A stretch of 61,393 bases of DNA, the filler included. It is 6 parts of 6 records of this genome, joined end to end, with 100 filler letters (N's around TTAATTAATTAA, not from the genome) between each part and the next. Parts side by side here need not be neighbours in the genome. Positions count along the whole stretch, not along the records: positions 32,075 to 46,177 come from DRR723986_11869; positions 46,278 to 51,875 come from DRR723986_11895; 4 more parts are not named here. One strand, 5' to 3'. Every line of letters starts with the position of its first letter. Position 1 is the stretch's first letter. Below are positions 38,548 to 49,108 of this stretch, piece after piece. A program made the translations under genes and the position numbers. The notes under the pieces are model-generated. The model was not told the DNA's origin, searched no databases, and worked only from the letters and a program-made list of their open reading frames with translations.

Positions 38548-39009
38548 ATGAAACACATAGGCAATCTTACATACGCGGATGGCTCACGCAAAACACGTAA
38601 ACGTGTAGGCCGTGGTCATGGCTCGACGCGAGGTAAAACCTCAACGCGTGGGCACAAGGGTCACGCATCAAGATCCGGTTTTAATCAGATTCATTCGTTT
38701 GAAGGCGGTCAAATGCCTTTGAACCGCCGGATCCCAAAATTTGGCTTTTACAACCGGTTCAGAGTTGAATACCAGGTTGTAAACGTTAGCCGCCTTCAGG
38801 AACTGGTCGATAAAGGTCGCCTGGAAGGTGGTGAAGTGACGCCTGAGCGCCTGTTTGAAATCGGAGCTGTAAGCATCCGTCAGGCGCCGGTTAAAATCCT
38901 CGGTGAAGGTGAACTCTCTGTAGCTCTCAAAGTGAGTGCACATAAGTTCTCTGCTTCAGCGAAGGAAAAAATCGAGTCAGCCGGAGGATCGGTAACAATC
39001 AATGAATAA
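38548..39009 (+). CDS. rplO: 50S ribosomal protein L15
   Basis: RVGRGHGS, FEGGQMPL and KILGEG. Confidence 0.99.
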   Translation: MKHIGNLTYADGSRKTRKRVGRGHGSTRGKTSTRGHKGHASRSGFNQIHSFEGGQMPLNRRIPKFGFYNRFRVEYQVVNVSRLQELVDKGRLEGGEVTPERLFEIGAVSIRQAPVKILGEGELSVALKVSAHKFSASAKEKIESAGGSVTINE

Positions 39010-40363
39010 GCTGATAGAGACTTTCCAAAATATATTCAAGATCGAGGACCTGCGGACGCGAATTCTATTCACGGCCGCTATTCTCGTTGTTGTACGGGTT
39101 GGTGCGCACATTACACTTCCAGGTGTTGATGTTGCCGCCTTAAGAGGCTCTGCTGCCTCAAGTCCCGATGGACTCCTGGGTTTTATTGATCTGTTCGTTG
39201 GCGGTGCATTCGCCAACGCTGCCATTTTTGCTCTAGGGATCATGCCGTACATCTCGGCGTCGATTATCCTGCAGTTAGGTGGTGTTGTTATTCCTGAAAT
39301 CCAGCGCATGCAACGCGAAGGAGATGAGGGAAGACGTAAACTAAACCAATGGACCAGATACGGAACCGTATTGATTTCCTTTGTGCAGGGGATTGGCTTT
39401 ACGCTCAATCTTATGTCTCAGGGGAGTGCAAATGGCGGTAGTGTAGTTGTAGATCCCGGCGCGTTATTTATGATAACGTCCGTGATGTTGCTTACTGCTG
39501 GTACTGTGTTCCTTATGTGGCTTGGTGAACAGATAACTGAAAAAGGTATTGGTAACGGTATATCTCTGATCATTATGATTGGAATTATCGCACAATTGCC
39601 GGCTGCTTTGGGGCAGGAAATTACGCTGGTAAGCGATGGCGACCGTCCTGTTCCTATCTTCCTGATTATTCTGACCTTGCTCGTCGTAGTAATCATGGCT
39701 TCAGTTGCCCTTACCCAGGGTGTTCGAAAAATCCCGGTGCAATACGCAAAACGTGTTGTTGGGAGGAAAGTCTATGGCGGTACTACTCAGTATCTCCCGC
39801 TTAAAGTCAACATGGCCAACGTTATGCCGATCATCTTTGCTCAGGCAATTATGTTCGTACCATCAATCATGGCCAGTTTCTTTAGTGAATCAGCATGGGC
39901 CAATAGTTTAAATGCTATTTGGCAACCAACTGAGTTGGCTTATTCGATTGTGTACGCGATCATCATCATCTTCTTCACATACTTCTATACGGCCATCAGC
40001 TTTAACCCGCGCGACGTTGCCGATAATATGAAGAAGCAAGGTGGTTTCATTCCCGGCGTTCGTCCTGGGAAAGCCACGGCTGAATATATCGACAGGATTC
40101 TGACGCGCATCACGCTTCCAGGTTCGATCTTCCTGGCATTGATCGCTATCCTGCCCTACTTCGCATCAAACATTCTTGGTGTTACCACGCTCTTCTCGCA
40201 GTTCTTCGGTGGAACGAGCTTGCTGATTATCGTTGGTGTTGCACTCAATACACTTGAGCAGATTGAATCTCACCTTCTTATGCGCCATTACGATGGCTTT
40301 ATGAAGAGTGGACGGATGCGCGGCCGTGGAGTTCGTACTCCTGGCGGCGGCGGTGGATTCTAA
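39002..40363 (+). CDS. secY: Preprotein translocase SecY
   Basis: FALGIMPYISASII, GIGNGISLII, FIPGVRPG and GGTSLLI. Confidence 0.99.
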   Translation: MNKLIETFQNIFKIEDLRTRILFTAAILVVVRVGAHITLPGVDVAALRGSAASSPDGLLGFIDLFVGGAFANAAIFALGIMPYISASIILQLGGVVIPEIQRMQREGDEGRRKLNQWTRYGTVLISFVQGIGFTLNLMSQGSANGGSVVVDPGALFMITSVMLLTAGTVFLMWLGEQITEKGIGNGISLIIMIGIIAQLPAALGQEITLVSDGDRPVPIFLIILTLLVVVIMASVALTQGVRKIPVQYAKRVVGRKVYGGTTQYLPLKVNMANVMPIIFAQAIMFVPSIMASFFSESAWANSLNAIWQPTELAYSIVYAIIIIFFTYFYTAISFNPRDVADNMKKQGGFIPGVRPGKATAEYIDRILTRITLPGSIFLALIAILPYFASNILGVTTLFSQFFGGTSLLIIVGVALNTLEQIESHLLMRHYDGFMKSGRMRGRGVRTPGGGGGF

Positions 40364-40384
40364 ATCTCTAAGGATTCTACAGTT

Positions 40385-41170
40385 ATGTCTGATTCTCCAG
40401 CTATTAAAATACCTTCTGATATCGACCTGATCGAAGCTGCTGCACGTATTGTTGCAGATACGCTGACATTGGTTGGTAAGCAGGTAAAACCAGGTGTTAC
40501 TACCCTGGAGCTGGAGAAAATTGCTGAAGAACACATCCTTAGTCGCGGCGGCCGTCCAGCGTTCAAAGGGTATCGCGTTGGCAGTCTGGAATTTCCTTAC
40601 TGCCTTTGCATATCAGTCGAAGATGAAGTTGTTCACGGGATGCCAAGCGATCATAAATTGATCGAAGGGCAAATAGTCTCCGTGGATTGTGGCGTTGAAA
40701 AAGAAGGTTTTTTTGGCGATAGTGCAAGAACTTTTCCAGTCGGCGCAATTTCTGAAGACAAGCAACGTCTGCTGGACGTCACGAAAGAATCGCTCTATCT
40801 GGGCATAGCCCAGGCAGTCGCGCGCAAGAAAGTATACCATATCGCTGGAGCAGTTCAGCGGCATGTTGAAAAAAACGGGTTTTCCGTTGTTCGTGATTTA
40901 GTGGGCCATGGAATTGGCCGGCGATTACACGAAGAACCAGCCCTGCCGAACTTTGTTCCGCCGCTCTTACATCGGGCCGAATATCCCAATGTAAAACTGC
41001 GTGCCGGACAAGCCCTTGCCATCGAACCGATGGTGAACACGGGGACGGCTAATGTGACAACCGACGATGATGGGTGGACTATCCGTACTGCGGATCGCTT
41101 GCCTTCGGCTCACTTCGAGCATACTGTAGTTGTCGGCAATCGCGAACCTTTGATCCTAACAGAAGAGTAA
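40385..41170 (+). CDS. map: Methionine aminopeptidase type I
   Basis: [21 protein letters not shown] and SAHFEHT. Confidence 0.98.
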   Translation: MSDSPAIKIPSDIDLIEAAARIVADTLTLVGKQVKPGVTTLELEKIAEEHILSRGGRPAFKGYRVGSLEFPYCLCISVEDEVVHGMPSDHKLIEGQIVSVDCGVEKEGFFGDSARTFPVGAISEDKQRLLDVTKESLYLGIAQAVARKKVYHIAGAVQRHVEKNGFSVVRDLVGHGIGRRLHEEPALPNFVPPLLHRAEYPNVKLRAGQALAIEPMVNTGTANVTTDDDGWTIRTADRLPSAHFEHTVVVGNREPLILTEE

Positions 41171-41178
41171 TACAGAGT

Positions 41179-41397
41179 ATGGCAAAACAAGACCTCATAC
41201 GCGTTGACGGTGTAGTAAAGGATACTTTGCCGAACGCTCAATTTCTCGTTACACTCGAAAATGGTCATGAAGTTCTCGCGCACATCTCAGGAAAGATGCG
41301 CATGCACTTTATCAAGATTATTACGGGTGATAAGGTGACGGTTGAACTGTCACCCTACGACTTGAAAAAAGGGCGCGTCGTTTATCGCTATAAATAG
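41179..41397 (+). CDS. infA: Translation initiation factor IF-1
   Basis: [15 protein letters not shown] and ELSPYDL. Confidence 0.99.
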   Translation: MAKQDLIRVDGVVKDTLPNAQFLVTLENGHEVLAHISGKMRMHFIKIITGDKVTVELSPYDLKKGRVVYRYK

Positions 41398-41452
41398 TGT
41401 TTAAACGGCTTCCAGTCATATCGTATGGTTCGGTTGCCAGGAGGAACCCATC

Positions 41453-41569
41453 ATGAAAGTGCAAGCGTCGGTCAAAAAACGCTCTGCGGACGATAAAATC
41501 GTCCGCCGCAAAGGACGCGTCTACGTGATCAACAAGAAAAACCCTCGTCACAAACAACGTCAAGGCTGA
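41453..41569 (+). CDS. rpmJ: 50S ribosomal protein L36 (Cys-free type; absent from the ORF track)
   Basis: [47 protein letters not shown]. Confidence 0.98.
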   Translation: MKVQASVKKRSADDKIVRRKGRVYVINKKNPRHKQRQG

Positions 41570-41574
41570 TAACT

Positions 41575-41952
41575 ATGGCTCGAATTGCGGGAGTAGACCT
41601 GCCTAAGAATAAGCGCGCTATTATCGGGTTGACCTATATCTTCGGCGTTGGTCGCACGCGCTCACGTATGATTCTCGCTCAAGCTGGAATCGACGAAAAT
41701 AAACGCGTTGCCCAGTTTACCGATGAGGAAATCGCACGCGTACGCTCGATCCTTCAAAACGACTTTCGTGTTGAAGGTGCACTGCGCAGTGAAGTTCAGT
41801 TGAACGTTAAACGTTTGATGGATATCGGTTGCTATCGCGGCTTGCGTCACCGTCGTGGTTTGCCAGTTAATGGCCAACGTACGCGGACGAATGCTCGGAC
41901 TCGAAAAGGTAAACGCAAAACTGTTGCCGGCAAAAAGAAAGTCGGTAAATAA
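41575..41952 (+). CDS. rpsM: 30S ribosomal protein S13
   Basis: [10 protein letters not shown] and [17 protein letters not shown]. Confidence 0.99.
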   Translation: MARIAGVDLPKNKRAIIGLTYIFGVGRTRSRMILAQAGIDENKRVAQFTDEEIARVRSILQNDFRVEGALRSEVQLNVKRLMDIGCYRGLRHRRGLPVNGQRTRTNARTRKGKRKTVAGKKKVGK

Positions 41953-42045
41953 TATCCGCACGATAATCGCGGACGGCCGTGCTGGGAACTCTTTCCCGCA
42001 GCTTAGCCGTCCGTTGTATTTTCGCGGAATCTTAACGGATGGTCC

Positions 42046-42435
42046 ATGGCTAAATCCATTGCAAAAAGATCAAGAAAAAAGGTCGTTGCCGATATTCAGG
42101 GCAAAGCGTTTGTGCGTGCGACCTTTAATAATGTTCAGGTTACAATCACCGACATTTACGGTAATGCCTTAAGCTGGTCTTCCGCCGGCCGTAATGGGTT
42201 CCGCGGGTCGAAAAAGAACACGCCATATGCAGCGCAGGTATCGGCAGAGAATGCCGCTCGTGATGCATATGACATGGGCTTGCGTAAAGTCGAAGTGTAC
42301 GTTAAAGGTCCAGGTTCCGGTCGCGAAGCTGCCGTTCGAGCCCTGTCACAAGCGGGACTGGAAGTTACGGCAATTATCGATCGTACGCCGATTCCTCACA
42401 ACGGGTGCCGGCCTCCGAAACGCCGTAGAGTCTAA
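42046..42435 (+). CDS. rpsK: 30S ribosomal protein S11
   Basis: TFNN, GPGSGRE and [15 protein letters not shown]. Confidence 0.99.
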   Translation: MAKSIAKRSRKKVVADIQGKAFVRATFNNVQVTITDIYGNALSWSSAGRNGFRGSKKNTPYAAQVSAENAARDAYDMGLRKVEVYVKGPGSGREAAVRALSQAGLEVTAIIDRTPIPHNGCRPPKRRRV

Positions 42436-42550
42436 CGTCTCTTGGTTCTAAGTGACCGACAAAGTACTAAAACTTGTGCGCCATTCGGCCTGCAACTGCG
42501 GTGCTATACGTTAACGCTCAAATAACCATTATAACTATATAGGTGCTGGC

Positions 42551-43612
42551 GTGGTATACGAATCAGTGAACCCTGGCTCTTCCAACAGCGAAAACGAACA
42601 AACAGAACAAACGGTCGCTTCTGGTCTCCAGATGCCCGATCGTGTGCAGATACACGACAATTCGCGTTCCAGCCATGGAATCTTTGTCCTGCAACCCCTC
42701 GAAGAAGGTTATGGCGTTACGATTGGCAATGCCTTCCGTCGCGTTCTGCTCTCTTCGATTCCAGGTGCTGCCATTGTTGCAGTTGGAATTAGCGGTGTCC
42801 TGCACGAATTCCAGACGATTCCAGGTGTTACTCAGGATGTTTCTGAAATCATCCTGAACCTGAAAGGCGTGCGCTTCCGTTTGCTTGACAAACGTGCTAC
42901 GCGCGTAGCTTTCCGCCTCAAAGGGCCGCATGAATTCTCGGCCAAAGATATTCAGGATGCGAGTGACCAGATTCAAATCATGAATCCGGAACACAAAATC
43001 GCAACTCTGGCCGACGATGCTGACGTGGAATTTGAGCTGCTGATCGGACGTGGCAAAGGTTATGTGCCTGCCGAAGAAAATGCAAGCCCAGACTTCCCGG
43101 TTGGTGTGATTCCGATGGATGCCATCTACACGCCAATCAAAAACGTCAAGTATGAAATCGAACCGACTCGTGTCGGCCAGAAAACTGACTATGAAAAACT
43201 GACGATCAGCGTGGAGACTGACGGTACAATCACAGCCGAAGAGGCTATGGAACATGCCGCCAAAATCCTGCGCGAACACATCCAGCTGTTTATCAGCTTC
43301 GATGTGGAAGAACAACCGGAACCAGAAGATGAAGCCAAAGAAGCAGAAGTTGCGCGCATCCGCCGCATCCTGCTTACTCCGGTCGATGATCTGGAACTTT
43401 CCGTACGTTCACACAACTGCCTCAAAGCAGCGAACATCCGTACGCTTGCCGACCTGGTCCGCCGTCAGGAATCCGATATGCTCAAGTTCCGCAATTTCGG
43501 CCGCAAATCGCTCGCCGAACTCTCGCAGATCGTACAGCAATTCGGATTGCAATTCGGTATGGACGTTGACAAGTATATTTCCGAAGAGGATATCAAATCC
43601 GTTGCGGGTTGA
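42551..43612 (+). CDS. rpoA: DNA-directed RNA polymerase subunit alpha (GTG start; N-terminus uncertain)
   Basis: PLEEGYGVTIGNAFRRVLLSS, LELSVRSHNCLK and NFGRKSL. Confidence 0.99.
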   Translation: MVYESVNPGSSNSENEQTEQTVASGLQMPDRVQIHDNSRSSHGIFVLQPLEEGYGVTIGNAFRRVLLSSIPGAAIVAVGISGVLHEFQTIPGVTQDVSEIILNLKGVRFRLLDKRATRVAFRLKGPHEFSAKDIQDASDQIQIMNPEHKIATLADDADVEFELLIGRGKGYVPAEENASPDFPVGVIPMDAIYTPIKNVKYEIEPTRVGQKTDYEKLTISVETDGTITAEEAMEHAAKILREHIQLFISFDVEEQPEPEDEAKEAEVARIRRILLTPVDDLELSVRSHNCLKAANIRTLADLVRRQESDMLKFRNFGRKSLAELSQIVQQFGLQFGMDVDKYISEEDIKSVAG

Positions 43613-43671
43613 TGCTTGTGCTTAACTGGCGAACCGCGTACTGTTGACAACTATTAGCAGAATATCAAGCC

Positions 43672-44325
43672 ATGAGACATCGTAATAAGGGCCGCAAGCT
43701 TGGCCGCACCCGCAGTCATCGTAAAGCGACGCTGAGCAATCTCGCGACGGCGCTGATTGTACACAAACGTATTCAGACCACGGAAGCCAAAGCCAAAGAG
43801 CTGCGTCCATTCGTGGAAAAACTGATCACACGTGCCACTCGTGCACGCGTCCGTGAAGACAACAATCAGTTGACGGGCAATCAAACAATTGATATCCATG
43901 CACGCCGCATTGTGTTTAAAATCATTCGCGACAAAAGTGCACTGGAAGAATTGTTTGATAACGTTGCTTTGACAATCATCGACAAAGGCGATGAGCGTAA
44001 AGGTGGATACACGCGTATCACTAAAACCGGTACGCGCCGCGGTGATGCTTCGCCGATGGCTGTCATCGAACTCGTCGATTGGGGTGAAGAGCGCGATGGT
44101 GCCGTCACTCAGGGGCGTCGTAAAAAAGCTCGTAAAGTAGCTTCCAAAGCCGGTGCATCGCCAGAAGTGGCTGCCAAGGCAGAAGAAGTTCAGGAAGCCA
44201 TCGAAGATAGTCTGGCAAACGCCATGGCTACTTTGGCCGACGAGAACGAAAGCAACGATGCTGCAGATAGTGATGCTACAACCGACAGCGATGAAAATGC
44301 CGAAGGTAAAGAGGAAAAAAGCTAA
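43672..44325 (+). CDS. rplQ: 50S ribosomal protein L17 with internal insertion and long acidic C-terminal tail
   Basis: [28 protein letters not shown] and [13 protein letters not shown]. Confidence 0.98.
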   Translation: MRHRNKGRKLGRTRSHRKATLSNLATALIVHKRIQTTEAKAKELRPFVEKLITRATRARVREDNNQLTGNQTIDIHARRIVFKIIRDKSALEELFDNVALTIIDKGDERKGGYTRITKTGTRRGDASPMAVIELVDWGEERDGAVTQGRRKKARKVASKAGASPEVAAKAEEVQEAIEDSLANAMATLADENESNDAADSDATTDSDENAEGKEEKS

Positions 44326-44419
44326 ACCACCTCGGTTTTGTCTTTCACTCTCCAATCGGTAATAGTTTTCCTGTCAACATTATGTTGTCATCCGCGCCTC
44401 AGCGCAAAGCATATCTTGT

Positions 44420-44452
44420 AAAAAACGCCGAGTGTTTCTCTCGGCGTTTTTT
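44420..44452 (+). terminator. Rho-independent terminator ending the ribosomal operon (potentially bidirectional)
   Basis: AAAAAACGCCGAG-TGTTTCT-CTCGGCGTTTTTT. Confidence 0.88.
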
Positions 44453-44491
44453 GCTTTCTTGCACATCCTGTGAATTTGGGAAAGCACACCT

Positions 44492-45091
44492 ATGGCACTC
44501 GAACGATTAGAAGCCGAGTTCGTCACCGGCGCTACGCACGGCAGCCATTACCCCAAATCGCACCTACCAGAAGTTGCCTTCCTGGGCCGCTCAAACGTTG
44601 GCAAATCTTCTTTGTTGAATTATATAGTTCATCGTAAGAAGCTTGCGCTCGTAAGTAGTAACCCCGGTAAAACACGTCAGATTAACTTTTTTGATGTCGC
44701 TGGTAAATGGATGTTTGTTGATGTTCCGGGCTTCGGTTACGCTAAAGTTGCCAAAACAATGCGCGCCGAATGGGAAGAACTCATCCGCAGTTTTGTGCTG
44801 CATCGCGAACAGCTGCGTTGTGTCTTTTATCTTATCGACTCACGCCGCGATCCAGGTGACCTCGACGTAGCTTACCTCGAATGGCTCGAAAATTCGAAAG
44901 TCCGTTTTGCGACTATCTTAACCAAGACGGACAAAATATCAGCGTCGGTTCGGCAGGAACGTAAACAGCAGCTCAAAGAATTGCTGCAATACTGCGAATA
45001 TCACGTCGATACGATTGAAACTTCCGCCGAAGCGCGCATCGGCCGTGAATCCCTTTTGGCCGTCATTAAACGGATGTGCGCCAATAAATAA
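44492..45091 (+). CDS. engB: Ribosome biogenesis GTPase EngB/YihA/YsxC
   Basis: [21 protein letters not shown] and TKTDK motifs. Confidence 0.96.
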   Translation: MALERLEAEFVTGATHGSHYPKSHLPEVAFLGRSNVGKSSLLNYIVHRKKLALVSSNPGKTRQINFFDVAGKWMFVDVPGFGYAKVAKTMRAEWEELIRSFVLHREQLRCVFYLIDSRRDPGDLDVAYLEWLENSKVRFATILTKTDKISASVRQERKQQLKELLQYCEYHVDTIETSAEARIGRESLLAVIKRMCANK

Positions 45092-45128
45092 ATTTAACTT
45101 CCCGACCCCGTTGTCAGGAGAAACTGTT

Positions 45129-45665
45129 ATGAGTGTACAGGCAAACAATTCTAGCGGATCAACTTCCTCACCACGTGTCGCTATCGTAATGGGTAGTGAC
45201 TCGGACCTGGAAACAATGAAACCAGCTGCCGAAATCTGTGCACAGTTCGGCGTCGAATTTGAAATGCGTGTCGTTTCAGCTCATCGTACACCACAAGACA
45301 TGGCCGATTATGGTACTACGGCTCACGAGCGTGGTATTAAGGTAATTATCGCCGGCGCTGGTGGAGCTGCCCATCTTCCCGGTATGCTTGCATCATACAC
45401 GCCGCTTCCCGTCATTGGGGTTCCCGTCCAAAGTCGCATGCTCAAAGGTATCGACTCTCTACTTTCCATTGTACAAATGCCTGGTGGAGTACCGGTTGCC
45501 ACAGTTGCTATCGGTGCCGGCCTCAACGCTGGACTCCTTGCTCTCAAAATTATCGCCGCCTCGGATGACGCTCTGCAGCAAGCACTCATCACATACAAAG
45601 CCGAACTCGCCGACATGTCGCGCCGCAAAAACGACGGCCTCCTCGAACGCGCAAACTTAAGCTAA
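45129..45665 (+). CDS. purE: N5-carboxyaminoimidazole ribonucleotide mutase PurE
   Basis: [24 protein letters not shown] and [11 protein letters not shown]. Confidence 0.98.
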   Translation: MSVQANNSSGSTSSPRVAIVMGSDSDLETMKPAAEICAQFGVEFEMRVVSAHRTPQDMADYGTTAHERGIKVIIAGAGGAAHLPGMLASYTPLPVIGVPVQSRMLKGIDSLLSIVQMPGGVPVATVAIGAGLNAGLLALKIIAASDDALQQALITYKAELADMSRRKNDGLLERANLS

Positions 45666-46177
45666 ACCCCACTTCGCCCCTTCATTCCATTCAGTCGCTT
45701 GTTTTTTCCTCTTGTTAGTTGTCGATCCCAAATCGAGAACCCACAGATCCTTTTCCAGAAAAACCATTCAGCGTCAACTGAATTAATCATTCAGGCCACC
45801 AGCCTCTCCCACACAAAACACCTTGCCCAACCACCAAACTGTTAAGTCAATCCATCCAGTCCCACACCAACTGCGTCAGCAAAAAGCGACAAAAACCACA
45901 AGAAACCGACCGTTCAAACGCGAAACCCACCCGTTGATGTTTTTGCAGATGTAAGTTACCCTAAAGTTCCCTAGACTTGTATCAGAGCACGGCCGCGCGC
46001 GCAGCCCCATGGCTCAGAATCAACGATTCAAATTCCAGGCACAAACCAGGGAGGCAAAAACGCAGTAAGAGCGCCAATTCGCAAAAAAAAACGCGGACGG
46101 CCAGACTGTACTTAACAAAAATGGCGTCAAAATATTTCGGTGGAGGAGGCGGGAAACCAGGGTGGGCCCAAAGATTC

Positions 46178-46277
46178 NNNNNNNNNNNNNNNNNNNNNNN
46201 NNNNNNNNNNNNNNNNNNNNNTTAATTAATTAANNNNNNNNNNNNNNNNNNNNNNNNNNNNNNNNNNNNNNNNNNNN
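46178..46277. other. Artificial contig spacer
   Basis: N runs plus TTAATTAATTAA. Confidence 0.99.
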
Positions 46278-46476
46278 CGACAAGATCGAGATCGACATCC
46301 CCAACCGGACGATCAATCTGGCCGTTGACGCTGCCACACTCGACGCGCGACGCACCGCGCAAGATGCCAAAGGCTGGAAACCCGAACTGCCGCGCAAACG
46401 CAAGGTGTCCACCGCGCTCAAGGCATATGCCGCGCTGACCACCAGCGCCGCCAAAGGGGCAGTTCGCGAGCTGTAA
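46278..46476 (+). CDS. ilvD: Dihydroxy-acid dehydratase, 3' part
   Basis: [14 protein letters not shown]...[25 protein letters not shown]. Confidence 0.92.
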
Positions 46477-46500
46477 GACTGCTCTTCAGAACAAGAACCA

Positions 46501-46540
46501 AGAACCCCTGCGTGAGCTTTCGCGCAGGGGTTTCTTTTTT
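46501..46540 (+). terminator. Rho-independent terminator after ilvD
   Basis: AACCCCTGCG...CGCAGGGGTT hairpin followed by a T-run. Confidence 0.85.
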
Positions 46541-46649
46541 GTCTGCACACCACACACTGTTCCAGCGAAGGTACAGTAAATCGTAAGCAAAGGTCCGCAT
46601 GGAGCCCATTTCAACCGATGCTGCAAGTTTCACAAATGGCAGGTTCAAA

Positions 46650-46677
46650 TTGACATGCAACAATATTGTTGCATTAT
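46650..46677 (+). promoter_or_regulatory. Promoter TTGACA-N16-CATTAT overlapping the perfect 20-bp palindrome ATGCAACAATATTGTTGCAT (putative ArsR operator, 46655-46674)
   Basis: Read directly from the sequence; lies immediately upstream of the ArsR ATG. Confidence 0.75.
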
Positions 46678-46682
46678 GAGGC

Positions 46683-46997
46683 ATGAGCGTTCATTTTGAC
46701 CCACAGCTAAGCACTCTTTTCAGCGCCCTTGGTGACACAACGCGGTTGTTGATCCTTGATGAGTTGAGAAAACGTGAACACCAGACGCTTTTCGAGCTTT
46801 GCGCAAGACTGTTCGAAGAGCATTCAATCACAATATCCAGACAAGGCATCACAAGGCATCTGAATACATTGGAGCAGGCTGGTCTCATCGCCACGGCTTG
46901 GCGAGGGCGCACAAAGATTCACACCCTGCTGTCAGCGCCAATTTCGGATGCGATCAACCCATGGGTGGAACTATATTCTCAAGGAGACACTATATGA
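46683..46997 (+). CDS. ArsR/SmtB family regulator
   Basis: LFSALGDTTRLLILDEL, QTLFELC and SRQGITRHLNTLEQAGLI. Confidence 0.9.
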   Translation: MSVHFDPQLSTLFSALGDTTRLLILDELRKREHQTLFELCARLFEEHSITISRQGITRHLNTLEQAGLIATAWRGRTKIHTLLSAPISDAINPWVELYSQGDTI

Positions 46998-47383
46998 AAA
47001 TGTACATGAAGAACATCGCTGTAGATGATCAATCTAAAGCACTCGATTTCTACACGAGTAAACTTGGGTTTGTCGTTAAGCACGATATCCCACTAGGCGA
47101 ACACCGTTGGCTGACATTGGTTTCGAAGGAAGAGACCGAAGGAGTGGAGTTGGGTCTAGAACCGAACGCGCATCCAGCATCGCGCGCCTATCAGGAAGCG
47201 CTTATGGCTGACGGTATTCCCGTTTCAGCATTCAGCGTTGACGACATCGAGGCGGAAGTTGCCAGACTAGAGACAGCGGGTGTCGAGTTCACACAGCCTC
47301 CCGTAAAGGCTGGGGGCGCGACGATGGCTGTCTTTGACGACACCTGCGGAAACCTCATCCAGTTAGTCGAGTTACATGTTTGA
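46994..47383 (+). CDS. VOC/glyoxalase-family protein
   Basis: VDDQSKALDFYT...LGF, RWLT and AVFDDTCGNLIQL; ATGA overlap with ArsR; AAGGAG RBS. Confidence 0.92.
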   Translation: MKMYMKNIAVDDQSKALDFYTSKLGFVVKHDIPLGEHRWLTLVSKEETEGVELGLEPNAHPASRAYQEALMADGIPVSAFSVDDIEAEVARLETAGVEFTQPPVKAGGATMAVFDDTCGNLIQLVELHV

Positions 47384-47523
47384 GCGGTAAGCATAGGCGT
47401 TCCGCCAATCCATGAAGCTTACATTCGTTGAACGCGTATCAACGGCAGCAATGTCCCAAATTGTATAAACATACAATTCAGGGCACACACTCATAATACT
47501 CGACATCCAACACTCAAGCGCCT

Positions 47524-48300
47524 TCAGCCCATCAATGCCTTGCTGTCTGCGGCCAGCTTGCGTCCCGCGTTTGCCAGCATCGTGACATCAATACCCGTCG
47601 CAACAAACGTCGCGCCCAGATCCAGATAGCGTTTGGCCGCAGTCAGATCGGTGATCAAAATACCAGCCGCACGTCCCGCTTTGGTGATACGGGTCACGGC
47701 ATCCTCAATCGCGGCGACAACATCGGGGTGATTGGCATTGCCCAAATGACCCATACTTGCCGCTAGATCCGCAGGACCGATAAACACACCATCCACGTTT
47801 TCGACCGCCAGAATATCATCCAGATTATCCATCGCCTCAACACTTTCGACCTGCACCAACAGACAAATCTCGTCGTTTGCGGTGTGCAGGTAGTCTTTGA
47901 TTTCGCCAAATTTCGACGCCCGCGCCAGAGATGATCCAACTCCGCGCACGCCTTCGGGCGGATATCGACAGGCGCGCACCATTTCAGCGGCCTGTTCCGC
48001 GGTGTCGATCATCGGGATCAGCACAGTCTGCGCCCCAGCATCCAACACCTGTTTCACCATCCAGGTTTCGCCAATTGGCAAACGCACCACCGGGTGACTG
48101 TCAGATGGAGAAACTACCTGCAACTGATCACGCAGACTGCGCAAATCGTTGGGGGCATGTTCGCCGTCGATCACCAGCCAATCGAACCCGCAGGTCGACA
48201 TCACCTCGGCCGCATAAGCATCGGCCAGACCGACCCAGCATCCGATCTGGGCGTGACCCTCTTTCAAGGCCTGTTTAAACGTATTCTTGGGGGCGGGCAT
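47524..48300 (-). CDS. hpaI: HpcH/HpaI aldolase (4-hydroxy-2-oxo-heptane-1,7-dioate aldolase)
   Basis: [23 protein letters not shown] and [13 protein letters not shown]; cluster context. Confidence 0.88.
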   Translation of the reverse strand: MPAPKNTFKQALKEGHAQIGCWVGLADAYAAEVMSTCGFDWLVIDGEHAPNDLRSLRDQLQVVSPSDSHPVVRLPIGETWMVKQVLDAGAQTVLIPMIDTAEQAAEMVRACRYPPEGVRGVGSSLARASKFGEIKDYLHTANDEICLLVQVESVEAMDNLDDILAVENVDGVFIGPADLAASMGHLGNANHPDVVAAIEDAVTRITKAGRAAGILITDLTAAKRYLDLGATFVATGIDVTMLANAGRKLAADSKALMG

Positions 48301-48307
48301 AGCGACC

Positions 48308-49108
48308 TCACTCAAAGCTGCAGGCGACCGAACCAAAGGGTCCGAAATCGGCGTGAATATCAGTACCCGACGGGCATTCGACCGGGCGGATAAAGGAACC
48401 AGACAGGATCACCTGCCCCGCCTCAATCGCTTGACCATAAGCCGACATGCGTCGCGCAAGCCAGACCACACTTTCAACCGGGTCATTCAACACACCCGCG
48501 CCAAGACCAGTTTCTTCGACCTCGCCATTGCGAGAGGTAATGGCGCCCACCCAACGCAGATCAAAAGCATCAACTGTGTGCTGCTGTTGTCCCAGCACAA
48601 TCCCCGCATTGGCGGCATTGTCGCTGATGGTGTCATAGATCACCCGCGCCTGTCCCGTTGCGGGGTCCGCGCGCAGAATACGAGTATCGAGGATCTCGAT
48701 ACTGGGCGCGACATAATCCGTGGCAGCGATCACATCCCCCCGCGTGACCCCTGCCCCGCCCACAGCAGTTTTCATGACAAAAGCGATTTCGGCTTCGATC
48801 CGGGGCTGGATGAACCGCCCCTTTGGTACAACCGCGCCGTCATCAAACATCATGTCATCAAACAGGATGCCACTGTCGGGGATGTCGATCCCCAGCGCAT
48901 ATTGCATCGCTTTAGATGTCAGGCCGATCTTCCACCCAATCACCTTACGCCCTTCGGCTAGCTTTTGGGCGTAAATCGCGTTTTGCACCGCATAAGCATC
49001 ATCCATCGTGATCTCTGGATGACGCAGGCTGAGCAATCCGATTTGCTGGCCGGTGCGTTCTGCCATCAGCAGATCAGCAGCAGCCTTGGCGTGATCCTCT
49101 GGGGTCAT
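48308..49108 (-). CDS. hpaH: 2-oxo-hept-4-ene-1,7-dioate hydratase
   Basis: [32 protein letters not shown] and [13 protein letters not shown]. Confidence 0.92.
   Translation of the reverse strand: MTPEDHAKAAADLLMAERTGQQIGLLSLRHPEITMDDAYAVQNAIYAQKLAEGRKVIGWKIGLTSKAMQYALGIDIPDSGILFDDMMFDDGAVVPKGRFIQPRIEAEIAFVMKTAVGGAGVTRGDVIAATDYVAPSIEILDTRILRADPATGQARVIYDTISDNAANAGIVLGQQQHTVDAFDLRWVGAITSRNGEVEETGLGAGVLNDPVESVVWLARRMSAYGQAIEAGQVILSGSFIRPVECPSGTDIHADFGPFGSVACSFE

Noticed and set aside
41453..41569. Cys-free L36 and 89-aa S14 as a zinc-limitation adaptation
   Set aside because: These forms are ordinary for Bacteroidota-related lineages
46092..46102. CGCGGACGGCC shared with the rpsM-rpsK hairpin (41968)
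   Set aside because: A single 11-mer match is expected by chance in a contig of this size
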